A stretch of DNA of 43,496 bases, from positions 1 through 43,496 of IMG/VR virus record IMGVR_UViG_3300022217_000200; one strand, given 5' to 3'. The first letter of the stretch is position 1, and each line of letters opens with the position of its first letter. The position numbers and the translations under genes are program-made. This document shows, piece by piece, positions 34,885 to 43,496 of this stretch. The stretch comes from a virus. Taxonomy: Duplodnaviria > Caudoviricetes. A model generated the notes under the pieces. It was not told the DNA's origin. It worked only from the letters and a program-made list of their open reading frames with translations, and did no database searches.

Positions 34885-35069
34885 ACCCCGTCCCCAATTC
34901 GTTGGATGACTGGGTCTACCAAGACTTACAGGTTGCAAAATTTTTCGGTGTTTCTCTCGGGGAGATCGCCGAATGGTACAACGCAGATTTTTACGACTAT
35001 TATGAATTCATGATGGTCCAAAACGAGTACGATAGACGGGCATTGAGAAAGGCGGACAGTGAGCGTTAA
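34824..35069 (+). CDS. -1 frameshift extension of the chaperone (GT-like)
   Basis: G_AAA_AAG at 34824-34830, followed by a hairpin; the -1 frame is open to TAA 35067-35069. Confidence 0.7.
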   Translation, partial: EKGAWVKRFIPGEPDPSERVDPVPNSLDDWVYQDLQVAKFFGVSLGEIAEWYNADFYDYYEFMMVQNEYDRRALRKADSER

Positions 35070-36807
35070 AATTGAGGAATTTGTTGCCCATCTCGGTTGG
35101 GAGGTAGACGCAGCCCAGCTCGAGGAATTCAATGCCCAAGTCAAGGACACAGTAAAGTTTTTCGCTAAAGCCGCTGCAGCTATCACAGGCGCTTCTGTAG
35201 CGCTTGCTGCTTTTACAGTAGCCACCAATAAACAAACTGCAGAAATGGCCAATTTGGCCGATTCTGTGGGTCTTTCCGTTGACGCTTTGATGGCCCTGGA
35301 CAGCGTGGCTCAAGCCATTGGCAAGGACTCAGAGACAATCATCGACCTTGTCGAGGAGATGAATAACAAATTCGGCGAAATGGCCGCGCTTGGCAAAATG
35401 ACCGCGGTTGAAGAGTCGATGAAAATCTTAGGGTTGAGATACAAAGAGCTTAAAGACCTGCAGCCTGAAGAACAATTCATCAAGATTCTCGATGCAGCCA
35501 AAGATCTCGAAGACCACCAAAAAGCAGTTGCTGGAGTCGACATGCTTTTTGGGGGCGAGGCCAATAAGATTCTCGGATTCATCCGGACGATTGATGGATC
35601 CCTTGACGATTTCATTGCGAAGCGAAAAGAACTTAATTTTCTCAGTAATGAGGGAATTCAACAGGCCATTAAATTCAATGTGGCTTGGGCGGATACTACC
35701 AGTGTCATAAAAACAGCTGGCGCTGAATTTGCGGCACTGCTCGGCAAAGAGCTTAGGCCGTTACTCGAGGAATTCGTTACTTGGGTTCGAGCCAATCGCG
35801 AGCTTATAAAAATCAAACTTGCGCTGTGGGCTGAACGGGTCGGCTGGTTTCTCAATGTAGTGTTCCGGACGCTCAAGTGGGGTTTGGTTGTTCTTCAACG
35901 AATCACTGCAGCATTCGGCGGACTCGAAAACGTCTTGGCTTTGATTGCCGGCATAATCACCGGTCTTGGGCTTGTTAAACTCATACAACTTTTTATCAAG
36001 TTGGCCCCACTGATTATGAAAGCGGTGGCCGCGGTCAAGTCTTTCGGCGTTGCTGGTGCCCTGTTGGGGACCAAATGGTTAGGCACGCTGGGCCTTTTGG
36101 CGCTTGCCGGGCTCGCAATTAATTCACTCATCCGGATGTTCGAGGGTCGGGATTCTCTGGTAGGAGACATCGGTGAGAAAACCGGTGAACAACTCCAAAC
36201 TGCAGCGCATGCAATGGCTGAATGGTTTGGTTGGACCGGAGTAGAATATGACGCGTTTGTGGTTCGGTGGGTAGAGCAGACCCAAAAATTATGGGATTCA
36301 ATATCTGGCTTTTTCAAGGAGATGTTTAATCTCGACTGGGCTGGATTATTTGAAGCTTGGGGTGCGACCTGGTCAATGGCTGTCAATAAACTTCGGCGAT
36401 TGTGGCATGAATTCATCGCCTGGTTTTCAACGGCTGTCCCTAATGCGATTTTGAAAACGGCTCGAAAAATAGCGCGGCAAGTTTTTGAGATTGTCCGGCA
36501 AATTCCTGTAGTTGGGAAATTAATCACTGGACCCATTGAAGAAATTAGAGCAGGTATGCCGGGTTCCCCCGTTACAAGACAACGGCCGAGTCCCGGGGTG
36601 ACGCAAACTATCAATCAAACTCGAGCTATGCAGAGCGCAATAACCAATGTCTCAAAACAAGGGGGCGATATTTACGTTACTGCGCCAATGTCGATTACAC
36701 AACAGCCGGGGGAAAGTGGGGAAGCCCTAGCCCGACGAATACGCCAAGGCTTCCGTGAGGAAATGTCCCTAGCAATCCGGGATAACGACACGGGAATTGA
36801 GTACTAA
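35059..36807 (+). CDS. Tape measure protein
   Basis: IEEFVAHLGWEVD start, Ala-rich helical body, hydrophobic segments, periodic Trp/Phe. Confidence 0.88.
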   Translation: MSVKIEEFVAHLGWEVDAAQLEEFNAQVKDTVKFFAKAAAAITGASVALAAFTVATNKQTAEMANLADSVGLSVDALMALDSVAQAIGKDSETIIDLVEEMNNKFGEMAALGKMTAVEESMKILGLRYKELKDLQPEEQFIKILDAAKDLEDHQKAVAGVDMLFGGEANKILGFIRTIDGSLDDFIAKRKELNFLSNEGIQQAIKFNVAWADTTSVIKTAGAEFAALLGKELRPLLEEFVTWVRANRELIKIKLALWAERVGWFLNVVFRTLKWGLVVLQRITAAFGGLENVLALIAGIITGLGLVKLIQLFIKLAPLIMKAVAAVKSFGVAGALLGTKWLGTLGLLALAGLAINSLIRMFEGRDSLVGDIGEKTGEQLQTAAHAMAEWFGWTGVEYDAFVVRWVEQTQKLWDSISGFFKEMFNLDWAGLFEAWGATWSMAVNKLRRLWHEFIAWFSTAVPNAILKTARKIARQVFEIVRQIPVVGKLITGPIEEIRAGMPGSPVTRQRPSPGVTQTINQTRAMQSAITNVSKQGGDIYVTAPMSITQQPGESGEALARRIRQGFREEMSLAIRDNDTGIEY

Positions 36808-37475
36808 TGGGATTCGCACAGACATTACAGAACCCAAACGAATTGTGGAAAAGCATAATCCCCGACCCAGCGTTCATTGGGTCGGGGGATTCCGCGATTG
36901 AAATCGATGTGCTCAGAATTGACGAACGGGTCAACCGCTGGGAGATTACGCGATTTCCAGTCGAAAAAGGCCTCGACATTTCAGATGTCCGTTATAAGCT
37001 CCCCGATTTCGTTCGTATCGAGGGTACGCTGACTGATACGCAGCTTGACCCGCGTTCTATTGGAACAACGCTTTTAGCCACGGGCACTTTCGGTTTTGCC
37101 ACTTGGCAAGACAAAAAGAAAGCTCTCGAGGAATTGGCTAATAGCAATGAGATAATTGAAATCACTACTCGGATGCACTTCTATCCGAAAATGCAGATCA
37201 CATTCCTTAGAGCAATCCACGACAAGGACACATCCGGATGTTACCCTTTCGTTTTGGAAGCAGAGGAAATCCGGGTTGTCTCGAGCACAAGCGTTGACGT
37301 GGATCCGTCTCAATTGCCCAAGGAATTACAAGACAAGGAAACCGAGGGACAGAAAGAAGCCCGGAAGAAAAAGAAGAAACCAAAGAACAGTGGCAAAAAA
37401 GCCCCAAAGACAGCCACTGAAAAAGATGTTGATCCATTGAGAAAACTGGCCCAGTTAGCGGGGTTTGACGTATGA
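36807..37475 (+). CDS. Baseplate tube-initiator protein
   Basis: ITRFPVEKGLDISD motif; follows the TMP. Confidence 0.8.
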   Translation: MGFAQTLQNPNELWKSIIPDPAFIGSGDSAIEIDVLRIDERVNRWEITRFPVEKGLDISDVRYKLPDFVRIEGTLTDTQLDPRSIGTTLLATGTFGFATWQDKKKALEELANSNEIIEITTRMHFYPKMQITFLRAIHDKDTSGCYPFVLEAEEIRVVSSTSVDVDPSQLPKELQDKETEGQKEARKKKKKPKNSGKKAPKTATEKDVDPLRKLAQLAGFDV

Positions 37476-37804
37476 CCATCGTATATCTACCTTTCAAACC
37501 CGAACCTGCGGATTACTTCGAAGCTGAATTAGAAGGCATCGCTTGGCAAATTTATTACCGTTGGAACGGTACGGACTCAGCCTGGTATATGGATTTGAGC
37601 AGTGTTCAAACGGGTACTACTCTTAAGGGCTTAAAACTTGTCAGCGGTTCCAATATCTTGCGTCCCCATGCTGTCACTGAGCTGGGGAAAATCTTTGTCG
37701 TAGATACAGAGGGCAAGGAGACCGATCCAAATTTTGACGATTTCGGCGATCGTTACAAAGTCCTTTACGTGCCACTCGAGGATGTCAATGACTATCCTCT
37801 TTAA
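37472..37804 (+). CDS. Baseplate plug-family protein
   Basis: RWN....WYMDL...G.KLV.G...P.FDDFG....LY pattern. Confidence 0.75.
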   Translation: MTIVYLPFKPEPADYFEAELEGIAWQIYYRWNGTDSAWYMDLSSVQTGTTLKGLKLVSGSNILRPHAVTELGKIFVVDTEGKETDPNFDDFGDRYKVLYVPLEDVNDYPL

Positions 37805-38759
37805 CAGATCTCTGCAGCTGGACATTTTTGCCAATAACCAACGCGTGACATTGGCCAAGTCTGGTGACCGTCCGGGAATCGATTCCTTATTTTTCGAATT
37901 CGATGTTTATGTCAGCAGAGACAAGGAGCCCAATCGAGCACAAATCGCGGTTTACAATTTGAATGAAACGAACCGAAATCTATTCAGCGGAGATCACCAA
38001 GGGGTTGAATTGTTGGCGGGATACAACGGTGAAACCAATTTGCTTTTCCGCGGTGTTACTACGAACGTTACTCATACCCATGAACGCGGATATTGGCAAA
38101 CAATGTTCTATTGTGGAGATGGGGAAAAGGAATATGGGACGGCCAAGTTCAATAAATCTTATTCGGCTGGGGTTCTAATTCTGGTCATTTTCAAAGACGT
38201 CGCAACGGCGCTGGGTTTACCAAACGAGATAATTTTCGAAGACCCTTTCGCGACTCTGTTAAAAGGTCGTTCTTTTTCTGGCCTGGCCAAAGATGCCCTC
38301 GATGAGTTGACCAAAGATTACAAGCTACAATGGTCAATCCAACGGGGTACGCTCGAGATTACACCCCAGGGTTCGCCTGTTCTGTCCCAGCCTATCGCAA
38401 CGCTTCTTTCAGCCGACACAGGAATGCTCAGTAGTCCTGAACTCATCGAGCGCCAAACCAAAGATAGAAACACGAAACGGGAGCGTAAGAAAAAGAGCAA
38501 GAGAGTTGAGGAGCGCATGATTGGTGTTCGAGTGCGGTCATTGCTCAATACAGAGATTTACCCGAATCGATTGATCCAAATCCTTCCACAGCGGACACAA
38601 ACGGATACTTTGGGCAAACTCATGGAAGTCAAAATTCCAGAAATGACAGCGGAAGGAATTTGGCTGGTAGATAAAGCTCATTTCTTTGGCGACAATATGA
38701 CCGGACCCTATGAAGTCGATGCAGAGGCAGACATTACGACACAGGTGATTGATGGTTGA
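37788..38759 (+). CDS. Baseplate hub protein
   Basis: PNRAQIAVYNL, LLAGY...LLFRG, WSIQ.G, TGMLSSPE, RSLLN; start at ATG 37788. Confidence 0.85.
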   Translation: MTILFNRSLQLDIFANNQRVTLAKSGDRPGIDSLFFEFDVYVSRDKEPNRAQIAVYNLNETNRNLFSGDHQGVELLAGYNGETNLLFRGVTTNVTHTHERGYWQTMFYCGDGEKEYGTAKFNKSYSAGVLILVIFKDVATALGLPNEIIFEDPFATLLKGRSFSGLAKDALDELTKDYKLQWSIQRGTLEITPQGSPVLSQPIATLLSADTGMLSSPELIERQTKDRNTKRERKKKSKRVEERMIGVRVRSLLNTEIYPNRLIQILPQRTQTDTLGKLMEVKIPEMTAEGIWLVDKAHFFGDNMTGPYEVDAEADITTQVIDG

Positions 38760-39438
38760 GGTACGAAAAGAAGAACCAGGGGGCAAGGCAATCAAGACGA
38801 TTTTTGATTTGCTTACCTCTAATCAACATACTTGCATGCCCGGGATTATCACTGAATTCAATGAAGTGGAACGAACTTGTTCTGTTCAGCCTGCCCTGAA
38901 ACGTCTATTTACAGGCGAGGAAGAAACAGTGCTTTTGCCAATTCAAGAAGACGTCCCAATTCTCTTTCCAGGTTCAAATGAATATTATTTGGAATTCAAA
39001 TTGAATAGTGGGGACGAAGTCCTTTGTATAGTGTCAGAACGAGCTATTGACCAATGGATTGAGGCAGGAGGACCCGTAGATCCCCAGTCTAGTAGACGAT
39101 TTTCTTTGTCTGATATTATAGTAGTTCCCGGGCTCAAATCAAAGGTCAATGTCCAAGGACCAGTTGGGGAGGGAATTTCATTACGCAATGCAACGGGTAG
39201 TGTATTTATTCGTGTTAAATCCGATGTAATCGTAAATCAAATTGGGACAATGAAATTTGAAATCAAATCGGGTGCGGTTGCAGCAGAACCCCTTATCCCT
39301 TTTTCACCGCAACTTAATGATGTCCGTGCATGGAACGGCATAGGGGTACCACCTGGTTATGTATCTTTAGCGTGGCATACACATTCGGGTGTTACGCCTG
39401 GGGTAGGGGCAAGTGGACCGCCAATACCAGGACCTTAG
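38749..39438 (+). CDS. Baseplate spike (Gp138-like)
   Basis: TCMPGII, DVPILFP, GDEVL...ERAIDQW, RRFSLSD; HTH metal-binding tip. Confidence 0.88.
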   Translation: MMVEVRKEEPGGKAIKTIFDLLTSNQHTCMPGIITEFNEVERTCSVQPALKRLFTGEEETVLLPIQEDVPILFPGSNEYYLEFKLNSGDEVLCIVSERAIDQWIEAGGPVDPQSSRRFSLSDIIVVPGLKSKVNVQGPVGEGISLRNATGSVFIRVKSDVIVNQIGTMKFEIKSGAVAAEPLIPFSPQLNDVRAWNGIGVPPGYVSLAWHTHSGVTPGVGASGPPIPGP

Positions 39439-39447
39439 GGTGAACTC

Positions 39448-39804
39448 ATGGCTATTGATTTTGAATTAGCTGAAAATCACGATCTCAGTCTCGTTGAAGG
39501 AGACTTAGTATTAACTCGAGATCGACCCGAGGTATTGCAGTCAGTCAAAATTCGACTTCTATTCATTCGATTCGAGTGGGCCTATGACGCGTTTATTGGG
39601 ATTCCATGGGCTACTGACATGTTTGATATTCGAGTGCCCATTGTTAAAAAAGAGGCCTACGTCAAAGATGGGATAACACAGACAGTAGGGGTCCGCGCCT
39701 TATTGGAATTTGAATTCAATATTGACCGAGAAAACCACGGGGCGTTTATCGCCTATACGGCAGAGACCGTTTACGGCCCAATCGAACAAGAGGTCACGAT
39801 ATGA
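39448..39804 (+). CDS. Baseplate wedge / sheath initiator (gp25-like)
   Basis: QSVKIRL....EW..D...GIPW...T.GV...TVYG. Confidence 0.82.
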   Translation: MAIDFELAENHDLSLVEGDLVLTRDRPEVLQSVKIRLLFIRFEWAYDAFIGIPWATDMFDIRVPIVKKEAYVKDGITQTVGVRALLEFEFNIDRENHGAFIAYTAETVYGPIEQEVTI

Positions 39805-40958
39805 GTTCTTTTACGCCAGATGGAATAGAAATCGATCGCTTTGATGATATTTTTCTCAAAATAATTGCAGACCTAAAAAGTCTGTGGGGTGATAATATCA
39901 AAGATACTCCGGACAGTGTTCTCGGGGGATTTACGACTATTTTTGCCGAAGCTGTTGCGGACCAAAACGAACTCATTGAAAGCGTTGTTTCCGCATTTCA
40001 GCCTAGCAAAGCTACGGGTGTATTTCTCTCGGAATTAGTTCGATTCAATGGAATCGATCGCAATGAACAAAAATTCACAACAGTTACTTTGAATTGCACA
40101 GCTGACCCAGGGACACCAACAACAATACCCGCGGGTTCAATTGTCGAAGACCCAGTGACTGGCATACAAGTACAAACCACTGCACCTATTACTATCCCTG
40201 CGGGTAATACCGACCCGGTTGCGGCCGAAGCACTTGAAGAAGGTGCAATTGAGATTGAGCCCAATACGATGACCAAAATCGTAACGGCTCAATTCGGCTG
40301 GGTCTCGGTTAATAATCCTGCTGCAGGAGTGACTGGACAAGCGGAAGAAAGTGATTCAGCTCTACGACTCCGACGTGATATTGCATCCGAACAAAAAGCA
40401 AGTTGCGGTGTTGCTGCAATTTTTACCGCTCTTTTTGATATTCGCGAAGTCACCGATGTGGCTGTCCACGATAACAAGGGCAGCTCAACAGATTTGCTCG
40501 GGGTGCCCCCAGGGCAGGTTTGGTGTATCGTCGAAGGGGGTACAGAGGCAGATATTATTGAGGAGATTTCAACACACTTAGCAGGCGGGATAGGAAGCTT
40601 TGGCGCTATTTCAGCGATATATAATGACCCCGTTACAGGTTATGCCGAAACCATTAATTATTCTCGACCGACTTTGCGCAATACTTGGATCATCGTCAAT
40701 CTCACTCGCAATTCAAAATATCCAGGGGACGGCGATGATCAGATAATTAAGAAACTAGTCGACTATTTCGATGAGACTCAAAAACTCGGCACGGATGTGA
40801 TTAATTCGCGTTTGTATTCTGTGGTGAATGAAGTTCCGGGGCACACAATCAATGCGATTTACCAGGGGTTTGCAGCAAGTCCGGGGTCAACTGCAGATTT
40901 AACGGTAGCAATCAATGAAAAAGCGATTACGGACGACACGAAAATAACTGTACCATAG
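39801..40958 (+). CDS. Baseplate J/gp47-like wedge protein
   Basis: ATGVFL...GIDR, GWVSVNNP...G...ESDSALRLR, IVEGG. Confidence 0.92.
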   Translation: MSSFTPDGIEIDRFDDIFLKIIADLKSLWGDNIKDTPDSVLGGFTTIFAEAVADQNELIESVVSAFQPSKATGVFLSELVRFNGIDRNEQKFTTVTLNCTADPGTPTTIPAGSIVEDPVTGIQVQTTAPITIPAGNTDPVAAEALEEGAIEIEPNTMTKIVTAQFGWVSVNNPAAGVTGQAEESDSALRLRRDIASEQKASCGVAAIFTALFDIREVTDVAVHDNKGSSTDLLGVPPGQVWCIVEGGTEADIIEEISTHLAGGIGSFGAISAIYNDPVTGYAETINYSRPTLRNTWIIVNLTRNSKYPGDGDDQIIKKLVDYFDETQKLGTDVINSRLYSVVNEVPGHTINAIYQGFAASPGSTADLTVAINEKAITDDTKITVP

Positions 40959-40974
40959 AGGCACCAGAGGCACC

Positions 40975-41571
40975 ATGGGCACTAGAGTAAACCTGGCAAT
41001 AAGTCGAATAATAAGTCAATTCTCAGCGTCACAACGATACGCTGAATTGATGACAGTTCTGGTCACTCGGCTCGAGGAAGTAGACGCACTACTGGCCAGT
41101 CTGGCCACTGAGCGCTGGATTGATAGCGCCGAAGGTGTTTGGCTCGATACTGTCGGTAAGATCATAGGCATCCCTCGTTTTTACGGTGAAAATCTTGGCC
41201 CATTTTTCGAATACAAAGCCGCCTATCCAGGGACCAATGATCCGACAAAAGCATATAGTGCTTTGCCCGGGCCGCCTACAGGGGGACGCTATCAGTCTCT
41301 TTATGGAATCGATTCGGATACACTTATCGACGATGACACCTATCGCCGCTGGATAAAAGCCAAGGCAAAAACCACAGGCACTGCAGGGACTCTCCGTGAT
41401 ATTTGGGTTTTTATCAATGAGGCACTTCAAATCACGAATCACGTAGTCGAGACAGGGGGGACGCGTTTAGTCACAGTGACTACGCCAGCTCAGTTGTCTT
41501 CATGGAAACAGGCAAAAATTCGACAATGGAGTCCCGTAAATGCGGGGATTGACATTGCGTTCATATTTTGA
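40975..41571 (+). CDS. Baseplate wedge protein (DUF2612-like)
   Basis: IDSAEGVWLDTVGKIIGIPR, DDDTYRRWIKAK, P..AGI. Confidence 0.85.
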   Translation: MGTRVNLAISRIISQFSASQRYAELMTVLVTRLEEVDALLASLATERWIDSAEGVWLDTVGKIIGIPRFYGENLGPFFEYKAAYPGTNDPTKAYSALPGPPTGGRYQSLYGIDSDTLIDDDTYRRWIKAKAKTTGTAGTLRDIWVFINEALQITNHVVETGGTRLVTVTTPAQLSSWKQAKIRQWSPVNAGIDIAFIF

Positions 41572-41579
41572 GGTGAGTT

Positions 41580-43001
41580 ATGGCCGACATCAATAAAACA
41601 GACCTTTGGGCAAACTTGGAAACACAGGTAGCCGAACCCCCTGGATCATTACAGGACTCTGGTTATGCGCCACTTGAACAACCATTTAACGAGCATCACA
41701 ACTGGCTTTGGAATTCCAGAGACAAAATCCAGCATCAATTGGTTCAGGAGCGCAATTACAAACAGCACATGGCGTCAGGGATTCTGATTACGGACCAATG
41801 TGCCCAACGTTTCTACAATCGCGATTGGCTTCACCCCTATAGCGCAGTCAACACCTATACATTCCTATCTGGAAACCAACCACATTGCATGTGTCCGGGT
41901 TGGGATTACTCGCGCAATAGACCTTGTATTTTCGTCGGTCTAATGGACGAAGATGGGGTTTACCGTGTATTCAACGAAGATGGGGGCGGAATTGGCGCAG
42001 AATTCATCAATCTAGGCTTTCTCAATACTTCTCTCGAATATCCAGAGGCGCTTGTCTGTGAGGGCGACGCACTCTATGTGATGACTTTTGGCAATCCGAG
42101 TGGAAATATGTATTTCTATCGGTTTCCAATGAATCCGTTTAGTTCGACACCGACTTGGTCAACTTCGCACACTGGTTCGAATTTCAAAACTGGACTCGGC
42201 GAAAATGCGATGTGTATTGCAGGCGATTGGCTTGTTTATCTGTTGTCCAATCTGCCTTTAGGCAACAATACTATCCGCTTTATCCGCAAATCAGATGCGG
42301 GTGCTTTTCAACAAGGCGAGGGAAACGGCCTGGCTTTAGGTTCAAATTATCAGGTTACCCCGTCTCTGGTATCCAACGGTACCGAGGTTTTCTTTCAAGC
42401 AACTGACAATACGGCTACATTCCACAATTATCTCTGTGGTTGCGATGTTTCAAACCCTGCAAACGCTACTACCCCGTTGGGTGCTTGGACTGCTAAAGTT
42501 CTCAACGGTACTATCATCGGCCGCGGCGGTGACCTTATCTATGACGGACATCTAGTTCATTGTCTATCAGCTAATGGTCATGTTGGTTCTTACAATTGGC
42601 ATCGTAATGTTTGGCCATTACTCAATGATGCAATGTGGCAATATGCCAGTGCAAAAATAACAGCCGGACCAACACGACAGAATCACGCGAATTTCGCTTT
42701 TGACGGTTTCTATGGTTGGGCACTCCTCGAATTTGACGGAGAGGATGCGGACAATCAAGCTTTCATTTCTCCGTGTCGTTTAGGCGACACTGCAATCGAC
42801 TATAATACCTCCAATATTCCTATTGCTCTACAAGCACCTTGGCCAGAAATTATGCTCGGTGAGCCTAAATCCGCTGACCCCGTTAATTATCTGACTAAGA
42901 TGATCTATAGTGACAACTGTTTATGGATAATTCCGCGAATCAAAACAGCTCCAGTTGGTACAACTCTTTTACGACTTCCCGACATTCGGAGCAGGAGGTA
43001 G
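41580..43001 (+). CDS. Tail fibre / receptor-binding protein
   Basis: N-terminal WA...EPP....SGY...QP....HNWLWN attachment motif; beta-rich C-terminal part. Confidence 0.75.
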   Translation: MADINKTDLWANLETQVAEPPGSLQDSGYAPLEQPFNEHHNWLWNSRDKIQHQLVQERNYKQHMASGILITDQCAQRFYNRDWLHPYSAVNTYTFLSGNQPHCMCPGWDYSRNRPCIFVGLMDEDGVYRVFNEDGGGIGAEFINLGFLNTSLEYPEALVCEGDALYVMTFGNPSGNMYFYRFPMNPFSSTPTWSTSHTGSNFKTGLGENAMCIAGDWLVYLLSNLPLGNNTIRFIRKSDAGAFQQGEGNGLALGSNYQVTPSLVSNGTEVFFQATDNTATFHNYLCGCDVSNPANATTPLGAWTAKVLNGTIIGRGGDLIYDGHLVHCLSANGHVGSYNWHRNVWPLLNDAMWQYASAKITAGPTRQNHANFAFDGFYGWALLEFDGEDADNQAFISPCRLGDTAIDYNTSNIPIALQAPWPEIMLGEPKSADPVNYLTKMIYSDNCLWIIPRIKTAPVGTTLLRLPDIRSRR

Positions 43002-43008
43002 ACGCAAA

Positions 43009-43245
43009 ATGGACGAAATTCTCAATGATTGGAACCAGTACAAGCTATTAGTTACTAGTGGGCTTTCCAGGCTGAATAAAGAGGTCGGTGAACTACGAAT
43101 GGCTCATAACAATAGTATGTTGCAGCTAGGCGTAGAGATCGCGAAACTGCAGGTATCGACAAAAAATCATGCCCGTTTGTGGGGTTTAATTGCTGGGGCT
43201 ATTCCCTCGATGATTCTGTTGGTACTCACTAAGGTTTTGAATTGA
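43009..43245 (+). CDS. Holin-like protein (coiled coil plus one C-terminal TM)
   Basis: AGGAGG RBS before ATG 43009; last late gene; LWGLIAGAIPSMILLVL. Confidence 0.55.
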   Translation: MDEILNDWNQYKLLVTSGLSRLNKEVGELRMAHNNSMLQLGVEIAKLQVSTKNHARLWGLIAGAIPSMILLVLTKVLN

Positions 43246-43496
43246 ACGGAGATAAATAGGCGATCGCTTAATATCGTTAACTAGAATATCCAGGGCCATC
43301 TCATCCCGTGGTTTAGTCCAATCGTATTTCAGTGTTGGTTCAATTAAATTCATGAATATATCGTAAAGTGCTATGATTTCATCACAATTAGAAGCAATCC
43401 ATTCGAGATATAGGTCTGTATCAGGGGGACTATTACCGGTAATCGCGTGTTCGCGGATTACCTCATTTGGTGGTCGACAGTAAATTAGGGTAACCG
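43186..43496 (-). CDS. 3' part of the dNMP-kinase-like gene (43186-43287 unique; the rest duplicates 1-209)
   Basis: Frame continues ...EMALDILVNDIKRSP... to TAA at 43188-43186. Confidence 0.8.
   Translation of the reverse strand, partial: VTLIYCRPPNEVIREHAITGNSPPDTDLYLEWIASNCDEIIALYDIFMNLIEPTLKYDWTKPRDEMALDILVNDIKRSPIYLRSIQNLSEYQQNHRGNSPSN
43288..43496. repeat. Terminal direct repeat, right copy
   Basis: 208/209 identical to 1-209. Confidence 0.97.

Noticed and set aside
35895-36614. Long antisense ORF, and many similar shadow ORFs in the track
   Set aside because: They lie opposite well-supported genes and have no RBS or recognisable motifs.
43288-43496. Physical direct terminal repeat of the virion DNA
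   Set aside because: It falls in the middle of a gene and far from terS. An assembly overlap of a circular or permuted genome is simpler, though reads are needed to exclude a real repeat.

Overview
This window is an apparently complete, circularly permuted ~43.3-kb tailed-phage genome. The first 209 bp are repeated at 43288-43496, so the unit length is 43,287 bp. Two arms diverge from an AT-rich control region at ~17.3-17.75 kb. The leftward (-) arm carries small early genes and a replication module: primase-polymerase/D5 helicase, DUF2800 Cas4-like nuclease, DUF2815 SSB, family A DNA polymerase, secreted lytic transglycosylase, VRR-NUC, SNF2 helicase and a dNMP-kinase-like gene that spans the ends. 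The rightward (+) arm carries a BldC-like regulator, the terminase, an inserted fibre/decoration block, a DUF1073/DUF2213/DUF2184 head and a DUF3383/DUF3277 contractile tail with baseplate. I found no integrase, repressor, reverse transcriptase or CRISPR array. The most notable observations are: (1) an uncalled Cys-rich gene at 12098-12304 with an in-frame TGA in a Cys-TGA position followed by a bacterial SECIS-like hairpin, a candidate phage selenoprotein; (2) an expanded tRNA-like cloverleaf between terS and terL that sequesters the terL ribosome-binding site; (3) 9-bp direct-repeat boxes at five promoters, plus a BldC-like protein that could bind them as an early/late switch; (4) an AB-B'-A' paralogue cassette as the first early genes; (5) a 28-bp frame-shifting duplication that fuses two reading frames; (6) an Acb2/Tad1-like anti-defence gene. 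All family assignments come from motif recognition by eye; no searches were run.
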